Origin: a virus | Length of the DNA: 64,000 bases | IMG/VR virus record: IMGVR_UViG_3300008113_000031 | Location: 29,786-93,785 of that record | Direction: 5' to 3' (one strand) | Shown: piece after piece, positions 18,560 through 29,911 of the stretch | Position numbering within the stretch: the stretch's first letter is position 1 | Layout of the letters: each line of letters starts with the position of its first letter | Translations under genes and position numbers: made by a program | Notes under the pieces: model-generated | Databases searched by the model: none | What the model was told of the DNA's origin: nothing | The model's input: the letters and a program-made list of their open reading frames with translations, nothing else

Positions 18560-19804
18560 ATGAGTGAAAAATACTTTTTGTTGACGAGCAAGCATATCGT
18601 CAAGGCCCCTAACATGACACAGGCCAAATTGGCAATAGAGGGTGAATCAGATTTTATCGGTGAAGTTTTAAAACAGAACGTTGATGTCAATGAGGTGTCT
18701 GATTCTGAAGCATTTAAATATGTAGGCTTTTCCGAATTAAGCAAGAGTGAACTAAGATATGATTCTAAGGACACTTTTACTGAAGACGAAGATGAGGCTG
18801 AATCATTTGACAATAAGTTTGACTGGATTAGGTCAGAAAATAGAAGATTAGCAAAAGCTGTTGATAGATATAAAAATGTAAAAGACGAAGCTGTTCAAGC
18901 TGTATACCAAGCAGCATATGAAGCCTTTACTTCTTTTGAACTACCTCCAGTTAAGATGAATAGCATTAAGTCTGTTAAGACTGGATCGCCAGAAACAGCA
19001 GTTGCCGTATTTGGTGACTGGCAGCTTGGCAAAGTAACTCCAACTTATAATAGTGATGTTCTTGCACAAAGAATAGAAACTTACACAGAAAAGCTTATAG
19101 AGATTACCGAAATACAAAGAGCAGATCATCCAGTAGATACCTTACATGTTTGGCTACTTGGAGATATTGTTGAGGGTGAAGAAATATTCCCTGGTCAAAG
19201 TCATCTGATTGACTCTGGTCTTTATAGACAGGTAGGAGTTAACGGACCAGAGATCCTTGGCAATTTCCTTAAAACAGCATTAGAAAACTTTAAGCATGTT
19301 CATGTCACTGGAGTTATAGGAAACCACGGTGCCGTAGGCGGTAGGGCTAGAAAGCAGCATGATCCAGAAACTAATATGGACAGACTTCTTTATAAGATTG
19401 TTGAACTAATCTTTAAGAATGAACCAAGAATAACCTTTAACATTCCAGACGGAAAGGGTGAAAGAAACTTCTATGCCGTAGATAATATCGGTAATTATAG
19501 TTCTCTTCTAATCCATGGCGATCAAATGCCTGCACCGACGTCTTATTATGGTTACTATAAAAAGGTAATGGGATGGAAAGATGGTGCTATTCCAGAGCAT
19601 TTTGATGATGTTTTTATGGGTCACTACCATCAGCAATTTAAGATGACAATAGGTAGTGGACTGTTAAGAATTTCTGGATCACCCGAAAGTCACAATACCT
19701 ATGCTCAAGAGTACTTCTCATCAATGAGTAGACCATGTCAGCATTTGATGTTTGTTCACCCAGAGAATGGTGTTACCTCAGAGTATTCTATCTGGCTAGA
19801 TTAA
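18560..19804 (+). CDS. calcineurin-like metallophosphoesterase
   Basis: Motifs GDWQLG, LGDIVEG, GNHG, IHGD and GHYH in canonical order. Confidence 0.85.
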   Translation: MSEKYFLLTSKHIVKAPNMTQAKLAIEGESDFIGEVLKQNVDVNEVSDSEAFKYVGFSELSKSELRYDSKDTFTEDEDEAESFDNKFDWIRSENRRLAKAVDRYKNVKDEAVQAVYQAAYEAFTSFELPPVKMNSIKSVKTGSPETAVAVFGDWQLGKVTPTYNSDVLAQRIETYTEKLIEITEIQRADHPVDTLHVWLLGDIVEGEEIFPGQSHLIDSGLYRQVGVNGPEILGNFLKTALENFKHVHVTGVIGNHGAVGGRARKQHDPETNMDRLLYKIVELIFKNEPRITFNIPDGKGERNFYAVDNIGNYSSLLIHGDQMPAPTSYYGYYKKVMGWKDGAIPEHFDDVFMGHYHQQFKMTIGSGLLRISGSPESHNTYAQEYFSSMSRPCQHLMFVHPENGVTSEYSIWLD

Positions 19805-19823
19805 TGCAGGAAGGCATCTGTAG

Positions 19824-22800
19824 ATGAAGCAGTTTATAATAGCTTTAAAAAGCTCAGACTTTATTAAGTCTGGAACTCAGTGGACCACAGATGCAATAGA
19901 CCTATACAATAACAAGTGGTATACAAATTATTCTGTATCTAAATCAAGATACGGTTTAAATGAATTAGATAACAGAACATTTGTTGGAACAGAAGTTATA
20001 CCTAACGCTACTCCCTCAATAGTTGTTGAGGGAAGTACGCCAGTTTCCGTCACTAATTATGGCGAAATTTTTAAAGACACAAATGTAATTACATATAATA
20101 TATTTGAGTATGATGAAATTTCTGAACAGTATTTTATATTTAACTTAATAGAAGATGCATCCCCATTTTATATTTTAGACCCTACTTCAATTAATTTAGA
20201 TTTATATAGATTTGTTGACACAAGTTCAAGAACAGACATTTTAAGTTATAAACGGAGCCTTTACCAATGTCAATACTCTTGACTCGCCAACATATACCGT
20301 AACAGTATATGAAGCAGATTCGCCAAGTGGTCCATGGTTAACATCTTCAGTATCATCAGATGTTGGAACTCTATTTATAACAAACTCTAAAAGATATGTT
20401 AAGTTTGATCTAAATATAGTATCGGAACTTAGTCCTCAAGATGTTCAAAATTATGGTTTTGTACTTTTAGTAGAAGTAGCAATAGCCAATCCAATACCAT
20501 CTGTCTTAAGTAGAACCGCTAAAAAAATATTAAGTAGGTTCCCTTCTTGGGCAAAAATGTTTGAGGACTCAGTAGACGACGCTACCCCAAGCCTACAGAC
20601 TCCGTCTACCAATGCTGGATCTTTCATCAATTCACTTGTTGCTGATTTTCCAGAAAACTTTGAAAAACAAGTTAACCAATTTGAATTAGACAGATTTATA
20701 ACAACAGCTGACGAAAGTCAAATGTCATGGATGTATACAACTTCAGATGTTCCGGTGTCCCATCTTGCAATAAAGGGAGATGGTGTTACCTTATCAAGAG
20801 TTGATACATTAAATGATTTTTATGAATCGGTAGAAAATGACTACTGCTACTATTTTGCTGCATCGGCTAGAAGAGTCTTTACTAAAAAACTTTTTAAAAC
20901 ACTAACTGTAGATGCAAGTATTTTTGCACAAGAGCCTTTGCTAAAATGGAACTGGTTTGACGAGTTTGGAGCAAGAGTTGGCTTAAACAGACTTTATCTT
21001 GAACAGAACTCAAACTTTAAAAAGAGAATTCTTGATACATACAAGAATCTTCCAGGGCCATCTATAGATGCAATTAAAAAGACCTTAAGAAGAGAACTAG
21101 ATATTTGGAGCGCATATGGTGCAACTCCTGATTCGGATTATCTTGGCGCAACTCCTGAAATACTAGAGATTGCAGATATAGAATCAACAACACCATACTT
21201 TGATTTTTCTGGCAAGCCAAACAAAGAATTTAGAAACTTTGTAAGATCATTGAACGAAAAATATCCTCTAAACTGGGGTTACGTTAAATGGGGTGAGGGA
21301 TACTGGGACTATTCTGGAAGAGACCAGAAAGGCATAGGTAGAATACCAGCGGTATATGACGATGCAACCCCGCTGGGTGGTTACTATCAGCCTGGCATTG
21401 GAGATATGTCCGATGCAAATCTTATTGTTCAAGAGCCATCAGAATCTATAGTTGATTTTAACGAAAAGTTTAGAGCGCATGGCTCGCATTATCTAGGGAA
21501 AGTGGACGACTACGCTCCAATTTTAGTAGAGTATGAATACTACGGTACATATACTCAGGACTATTACGAAAATAGTCCAGCTACCGTTAACTTTAGGTAC
21601 CTTCTTGAAATGCCAGTACACGGTTCATATACTTCTGCAAAGACTTTTTACGTAGATGTTAACCACTATCCAGTAAATTCATATGGCCCAGGTCATCCAG
21701 CAAGCCCTGAGTATGAAACAATTCCAATCTTTGACCAAGACGGATACGCATATCCTCAGTACGTTTTCAGGGACATTACAACTAATGCTGTTTATTCAGA
21801 TACATCTGCAACACCAGCAAATTCTAGGGCAAATTATTATTTTGCAACAAAAGCATCAGCGACACCAAACAGTGGTTCTGTTGATTTTAACATTTCTTTT
21901 ACTGGAGCAACTCCTTTTTCTTCCACAGTTGGTTCTCCAGTATCTCTGCTAAACGCAAGGTTCTTGAATGGTGGAGCAAACATTAAAGTTTCATCTAATA
22001 AGTATACGAAAAAAAGAGGTACCTTTGAAACTACTCCAAAGCTACCTGGCTACTTCATGCTTAATAGTGAAAATGAAATATCTTATATTAATGATGTTAT
22101 ATTGAATAAAGATTTTATTCAGCAAACTTTGCTTTTCCCTCCAGGTTCTACTCCTGTTTATGTCCATGTAGATAATGTTAAGCCTTCTGGTTATGAACAA
22201 ATTGAAAATGTTTATATAAACCCAACCTATGATGGTTACGGTGGACTTTCTTTTGACACAGACGCTTTAAAACTTGTCCCAGCTTCTCCAAACATAATTG
22301 CTCAGTATATAAATCCAAATTTTGCTACACCAACTGACCATTCAGACTATGTAAATAATGATGGTGCTACCTATAATTATTATTTTAGGCAGCTTAAATA
22401 CCCATATGGATCAACTCCAAGTGTTATTAATTTTACAACAGGACTATCTTCAACTCCAGTTTATCCATTTAAAAGAGACTCTTGGGAAAGTTTTACAGCA
22501 GATTCTACACCAATGATTAATGGCTCAATAAACAAAAAAGGAATCGTGAGAAGTAATTCAGAAAACTTTGATGACAACTTTAGTCTTAACTCAAATTATG
22601 TTGGAACATATGACTTAAATTATGATACCTTTGGCAGAAACTGGGAAACTGATTACATAGAAAAAATTGAAGTCGTTAACTCAACAGATGGAGTTATTCT
22701 TACTCCTTCTCAGCAGTTTATTACATTGGCTGGGCAGGATCCAATTTTTATCAATTCTTCTATAACCGAATTTGAAGAAGGAAAGCTTTCTCCAGTAGAT

Positions 22801-24429
22801 GTAACGGCTGAATTTGAAGGTGTATATAGTTCTTATCTTAACGTTGGATGGTATCACCAAAACGGACAAGACTATTACATATATTCATACCCTGTTACTG
22901 AAACCTTTGCAACTCCTGGTTTTCAGGTCAACCTAAGCCACGTAGCAAGACAGGGTTCTCCAATTATAGTTGAAAGAAACTCTGCAACCCCAGCAACTTT
23001 GAGAGAGGTTGCCTTTTATGATGACGCTTCGCCAACGTATGTTTCGTTAATTAATTCAGAAACTGTTAAAGCAAATAGATCAAATAATCTATATCTTGGA
23101 TATGAAGATGTATATGATGTAGAAGTTGTAGATTCCGTAACCGGTTACACATTAATACAAAATGGCAGCACAACAACAAACGTTATAGAAGTTTTTAACT
23201 CTGCAACTCCTGTTGTTTACGGTAGAGATTATTATGTTTCTTATAAGGTAAGAGACTCTTTCGCAGTAGATAATGACTATTATGATTTAAATCAATCCAA
23301 TTACGTTACTGCAATAAGATTTGATTCAACTCCATCATCATTTTATGAGTATGATATAACTTATGAAAATTCCATAGTATCTCACGCCACTCCAATATCT
23401 TTAAACGTAGATCCAATGGACCTATGGGATCAAGAAGGATTTATTTATCTAAGTCACGAAGATTATGCTTTCGCAGATGCAGAAATTAAATTGAGCCCTA
23501 CAAGTATAGTTGCTGATCAAGATGACTTTATGGTTGTCACAATAAAGTCGCTGGACCTGAATGGAAATTCAAAGCCGTATCAAACATTTACGGTGACAGG
23601 AAATAATCTTCAGTCAGAAGAATCTTACTACAATACAGATATTAATGGCTTTGCTAGTGCTAGAGTTTATTTCTCTGGTTCCAGTTCAACAACAGACACT
23701 TATGGCACGCTGACAGTCCAAGGTGTTACAAATGGTTCTGTAAATGCTCACGAAAATTCTCAAACACAAGGCTTCTCAAAGTCAATTGCATTTGAAATAG
23801 CCCAAGAATATAAGTCGGAGTATAACTTAAAGGCCATAGCTGACAACTCAGTAATTCCAGCTGATGGCATCTCAAACAACTATATTAGAGGGTTCCTGAG
23901 AAAGATTAGTGCTCCTCAGTCAAACAAGGTAATTTACTGGAGAAAGGGTAGAACCCTACAGGATGTATTTGATGCCACCCCATATTCCTCATATGTAAGA
24001 ACAGATGAATACGGCAATTTTGAAATAGGTCCTTTTGTCTCAGAAGAAAAAGATAAACCAGGATTTTGGTTGGTTGCGGTAGAGTCAGAAGGGGCAGCTA
24101 CCGTGAACATGAGTCCAATAACAGTGGCTGGAGATATAGTATTTTGGGATGAGAAGTATGACAATTTAAATTATTCATACGGAGATTCGGTATTCTACGA
24201 TCCAGATTTACTATATATAAATAGAACCGATATGTATTCAACTCCTTTGTTTACGGTTGAATACTTTAATGGAAGCTATGCAACTCCGTATTCGGCAACC
24301 CCAGATTGGCTGCCACCAAAGTGGTATCCAGTAAACAGATATGATCAGTACATAATGGGCTTACTAGGTTCTACGCCGATGCATGTTAGCGGTTACCAGA
24401 ACCTCATGAAAGATTACGAGGAAGAGTAA
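19824..24429 (+). CDS. large virion (tail/baseplate) protein, about 1534 aa with a +1 recoding site at 20253; rich in A-T-P motifs
   Basis: 19824 ORF reads ..LSYK-CGG. Skipping the C opens 101 stop-free codons (GAFTNVNTL...) into the 20557 ORF. Beta-rich, with Ig-like segments near the C-terminus. Confidence 0.65.
20253..20256 (+). other. +1 recoding site CGGA (K|G)
   Basis: AAA c GGA GCC TTT. Confidence 0.75.
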
Positions 24430-27400
24430 ATGAAGAGTTTTATTGATAAGACAGAGTCACTAAAAGAACCAGCAGTAAAAACTGGTAATTATATACCAAA
24501 AGATTCTGTCAATCTACGGTTGGTTTTCTTCTAAGGAAATTACCCCAGAAAACAATTTAGCTTTTGTTGACCTATCTTCAACTATTCAAGAAAATGTTAA
24601 TGAGTCATCTTCTTTCAGTAAACTTATGTTTGCCAACGAAGTAGGAATGCTAGAGGACGAAAATGGGAATCCCTATGTTCCTTCTGATGACGTGCTGATT
24701 AGTGATATCTTCTTAAACGAAGAAGTAGTTTTACAGAATTACCAACATAGTAATCTGTCAAGCAAGCCATACGCAATGACTTATTATGTGAGCAATCACT
24801 TCACGCTACTGAGAACTGGGATGCACGTAGTAAGCGGTCTTAATCATTATATTGAAGATAGGTTTATTCCAAATAATATCAAGGTTGTTGATGCAAACGG
24901 CAACCTATACTCAGATTTAGAAACTGGTAGACTAAAATATAGAATTTCATTTGAATCTTTTATCACTGACCAAAACAATAATCTTAACGAAATACCACAC
25001 AAAATAATTATCTTCTTGGAAGATGCGTACCCTGGAAACTTAACACTAGTATATGATAAAGTTGAGGTTTCAGAAACGGGCGCTTGGTCAAAGCAAATTC
25101 TCAAATACTCTGAATCAATAAATGCAATTCCTTTGTTTAAGAAAATTCAAGAAGAAGCTGAAGTTGTAGACCCTTCCAGAATATTTGATAAAACTTATTC
25201 AATAAAAAGGGATACAAAAACAAAGTCTATTAATAATCACGTAGTTGGCTCAGAAAATAGTGTTGTATACGTAAACAAGAAGGCACTTGACGATAATAGA
25301 ATCTTTGAGGTTTACAACTGGAGAGTCGTAGCTAAAGTACAAAACTCGGTTGATTTTTCTGAAATAAATTACGGTAGAAATTTTTCTAATGACGATATAC
25401 AAACAAAAACAGTAAGAGTTGGAGTTCTATATTCCTCATCCGTAACAAGAGATTTAAGTAATATAAATCCTTATGTTTTTTTAAATCTTCAAAACTCTGT
25501 TTTTAATTTATCAAACTTTGTTTTTGAAAATCCAAATTCAACAATAACAGATAAAAGTCGTGCAAATTATTGGATGATAGATATTGATACTGTTACTGAT
25601 GAACAAATTAGACAATATGACGTTATTGCATGCTCGCTTCATTGGGAGTTAACAGATAGTCACGCTTCAAAAATTAGATCTTTCTTAAACAACGCTGGAA
25701 CGTTTATAGTGGATACCATAGGTGCTCGTGACAAGGCTCTTACGAGATTGAATCCAGCCTTAGTTACAGTTGGGGCAGACGTAAATACAACTCCAACAAC
25801 TGCTCCTGCACATGGTGATTCTGGGACTTCGGGCAATATTCTCTTAAGTTCTTCAAAGAACAATGCTTTTTCTATATCGGGATTTGCCACTGATTGCGGT
25901 ATATATGGATATGCAAAAGGCGCTAACAACTCTTATAAAAAGTATAATTACTTCACAAATGCTGGGCTAGATTCTCTTCTTTCAAGAAATAATCAAAAGT
26001 TTACAGTCCTCTTGAGAACTGTTAATAGAAACGATAGGCTAGTAGCTAGTAATATAGTTGCTTCAACTACTGGTTTTCTTAAGTATTGTAATGATCTATA
26101 CTCCGCCAGCACTGCTATATCAACTCCAAACAATGGAGAGTCTTCCATATCAGTATCTTCTGGGTCTTTGTTCTCTAATTTTGTTGAGGGTCCATATAAA
26201 TTCTTATACAACTGTGTTTCTGTTGGGATGAATGACAAGGTCGAATCAACAAGATATAAATTTGATTTGAGGTCTAGCGTTCATTATTATAGCGGCGACT
26301 GGTATAGCGATTGGGTTATTGATACAGACGCATTGTTCGAAGATGAATTGGTTTCGTATTATAGAAATGGAATTGTCAATGGAGAAAGAAAATATGTTAG
26401 AGAAACAATTGCTTCTCCAAGGGATCTATATAGAGCAGAAATATCTTCTGCGGTATCAAATTTATCAAATGTTTTTTTAGACCAAAACGATTCAAATATA
26501 ACTCTATACATTGAATATACAAACCCTAATGTTTCATGGACAAATGCTGCAGCAGTTTCCGATAGCGAAAAGAGAGAAGTTGCATCCTCTTATAATTTAG
26601 TTAAAATTACTAACAAAGATGTAGCTTGCGAAACATACACTAATAAAGTATCGCCAAAGTTTGTTGTTCCATATGGATTTGGTCCTTATGTTGTTAAAGA
26701 TAAACTAGTGCCCTCAAGAAGAAATCCATTAAGAATTGCACCAGTTGCGCCCGTAAGAAATTACTCCGTCAATATTCAGTCTGTGCAGTCTATTACTTCT
26801 GGGTCAGATGTTCCTGTAAACTTTGACGCAACTTTAAACGTAACTGCAACAGCAAAGTTTACCCAAAGCCATACTTATCTTAGAAATAATCCAGATGAAT
26901 TGGAGCAACCAGAGAAGCCTGCAGTAGAACAGGTCGTAGGACCTGGTGAAGAAACTTTTCTTGCAATAGAAGCTATTGAAACATCACAAACTGGCGACTA
27001 TTCCTTAATTGATCCAAAACTAAATGACATATCAAGCTTCTACAATGCATTCAATTACACATATGATATAGATAACGGTAATACTTGGGACGAGTATTTT
27101 CAAGGAAAAGGCAGTCCCACTTACATAAAGTATATACAATTGACCCTAACTGCCGCAGGGAACTCATTTGCAACATCTGTAGATGGAGTATTTGGTGCAA
27201 ATACTACAACTAAACTAAAAGCTTTTCAAACAGATAGAGGTCTTAAAGCCGATGGAATAGTAGACTCTCAAACTAAAATGTGGTTGGCTAGAGTTTGGCA
27301 AATTATGGGTCAAGAAAAATTTGATGATTATATTAAAAAAATAAACTCAAATACCTATAAAGATAAAACTATAGACAAATACGTTAATGCAGCAAAGTTA

Positions 27401-29911
27401 GCTAAAAGCGCAAAACTTGCGCTAGAAAATAATGAAGGGTTTAGGTTAATTAATTTTAGCGGCATTTCAAATGCAGAAAAAGATCCCGATACAATCAGAA
27501 TATGGGTTGGCTTTAAAATACCAGATTTAGAATCTATAAATGATATAACTGCAATAACTATAGAAGGTGGCGAATTTGGAACAAGTGTGGGATCACCTTC
27601 ATATCAGGGGTTTAAAGTTGTTCAATTAGACGTATCTGATAAATATGAGTTTAAAAAAAATCAAAGATCTGGGACGCTTTTTGATTATAAAAAAGGCGTT
27701 ACAACAATAAAAAATGATGGTAGACTTATAAAGGGTAGATATGTTTCAATTTTATTGCAGGGATCTAGATTGGGTGGGGCATTTGGCCCAACCGCTGAAG
27801 GTCTAGCCATTAAATCAATAAAGTGTTTGTGTAGGTTTAAAAAAGTACTTATTCCAGGTCAAGATAAAGTACCTGCAAAATATAAGACAGTACCGCCAAC
27901 AGAAGTTCCTATTACTAAAGAAGTTGAAGGAACTATATCTTTATCAGTACCTGTTAATGGAATTTCTTTTGCTCAGCAAAATATAGAAGTTGATTCAAAC
28001 TTTTTAAGAAATGCAACATTGAATTCAATATCTGTTTATAAGATAGATGGAAATCAGTTTTCTACAGATACATTGACTTACAATAACCTTTCGGTAGCCC
28101 TCAATCAAACAGAGTATAAACCTGATGCAAATAGAATAGAAAAAGTTAATATATCTTCAATAACTGCTGGGTCTATTTCCTTACAGACAGCTACAGTATC
28201 CTCTGTTAAACAAGCTGGCACAAACATTTCTTACAATACTTCTAATGTTGAATTGACAACCGCTGGAAATAATATCACTCTAAAAAGCAACTTGTCATCT
28301 TACGATTCATCAACAACGGTTGTCAGAAGTCAGAGTATTACTGGATATAACATTAGAAACGTAGATAGCTCTGAAGTTAGACCGGGAAAGAATTCTTTCA
28401 ATTATTATGATGGCGTAACATTGATCTGCAAGCCAGATGGGTCTCCTTATGGAATTAACTTAGCTTCTGGTGCTGCTGGAGCTAACTCTAATCTAGACAT
28501 ATATTATTCAAATATACAATTAATTAATACATTGCCAGCACAACCAGGTCTTCAATACGGATTTTATGATGCTCGCAACAAACAGTTTATTGGAAAGAAT
28601 ATAACTTACACAAAATATCAAGAGGTTGGTCCACAAAATCTATACATAGGACTGTATGCATATGATTATGATGGAGATCTTGCTACTCAAAGAGAATACA
28701 CTGGATCTGCAAATGGCGATACATATGAGCCAACTCAGGTTCCGTCAAAATCAGCATACCCTGTATTCAAAGTTTCTTCTGTTCCTAGAAATAAAATTCA
28801 AATAAGTAAAACTCCAGCAAAGCTGCAAAAAACAGAACCATGGCCATTGGCTATAAGTTCTGGTTCTTTTGTAAAGCCAGTTTCAATTGAACTTGAAAGA
28901 CCAAAAGATTGGTTAATCAAGTACAATGGCCAACAACTGCGAGCAAAGTATGATACCTCTGACATATCTACGGTTGGTTGGTCAAAGATATTCGGCAGGG
29001 GATACTATGATGTTTTAGATGAAACCCCTGTATACAATAATGCTCAATCAATTACAGTAAGAAGCGCTCCTATACATGTGGTTCACGAAAAATCAAATGA
29101 TTTAACGAGATTTGCTGCCGACTTTAGGCCAGTCTTAAAAGTTTATACAAGATCAAGCATTTCTGCCCCATGGCAAGAAGTAGCCTGGACAGAGTTTAGA
29201 AATGTTAATTGTAAAACTGGTTTAATTGAATTTAATTCTTCTATTATATCTTCAGACGAAAGACTAACAAAAGTTAGTTACACCACAGCGTCTTCCGATG
29301 TAATGGTTAGAAGCTCTGGCGGAATTCCTATACCGCTAAATCCATTCTTGAATAAAGATATAGTCAAAATAAATAAACCACTTTACGTATATCTTAAACC
29401 AACTGAAATCTATAAATCGGCATCTACTCCAGCAGATCAAATAAGCACTAGCGTTATGAGAGACGTTATCGTAGAAGATTATATACCTGGTTCAATCGTT
29501 AATTTTACTTATAATAATAATATATTTAACAAATACGACGTGTCAGAATATGATCCATTTGCCTTGCTAATAGGAATCGTCTACGTTGTCAATACATTCT
29601 CGGATGACAACTTCTCTTTCCAGGATCTTAGAATTAGAGGTGGAGGAATATCAGCAGCGTTTGATACTAATAAAGTTTTAAATGATATTGATAAAGCAAT
29701 TTCATACTGGGATGTATATCCAGCTCTTGGAGAAGCTTATCCTAAGGGTGGTTATGTTATAGTTAAAATTCCAAAACTTGTCAAGAAAAACTTTACAAAT
29801 CCAGATGAAGTATATACAATTGTAAGAAACAATATTACAGCTGGTGTAGTGTTTGAGCTACAAGACATGGAAGGAAAGGATTGGGGTAGTAGTGTTACGA
29901 CAACTTCCTGA
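24430..29911 (+). CDS. large virion protein with an internal peptidoglycan-binding domain, about 1826 aa with a +1 recoding site at 24517
   Basis: ATG immediately after the upstream TAA. MKSFIDK..DSVNL-CGG-T; skipping the C joins the 24626 ORF. PG_binding_1-like VDGVFGANTTTKLKAFQTDRGLKADGIVDSQT at ~27175-27275. Confidence 0.65.
24517..24520 (+). other. +1 recoding site CGGT (L|G)
   Basis: CTA c GGT TGG TTT. Confidence 0.75.
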
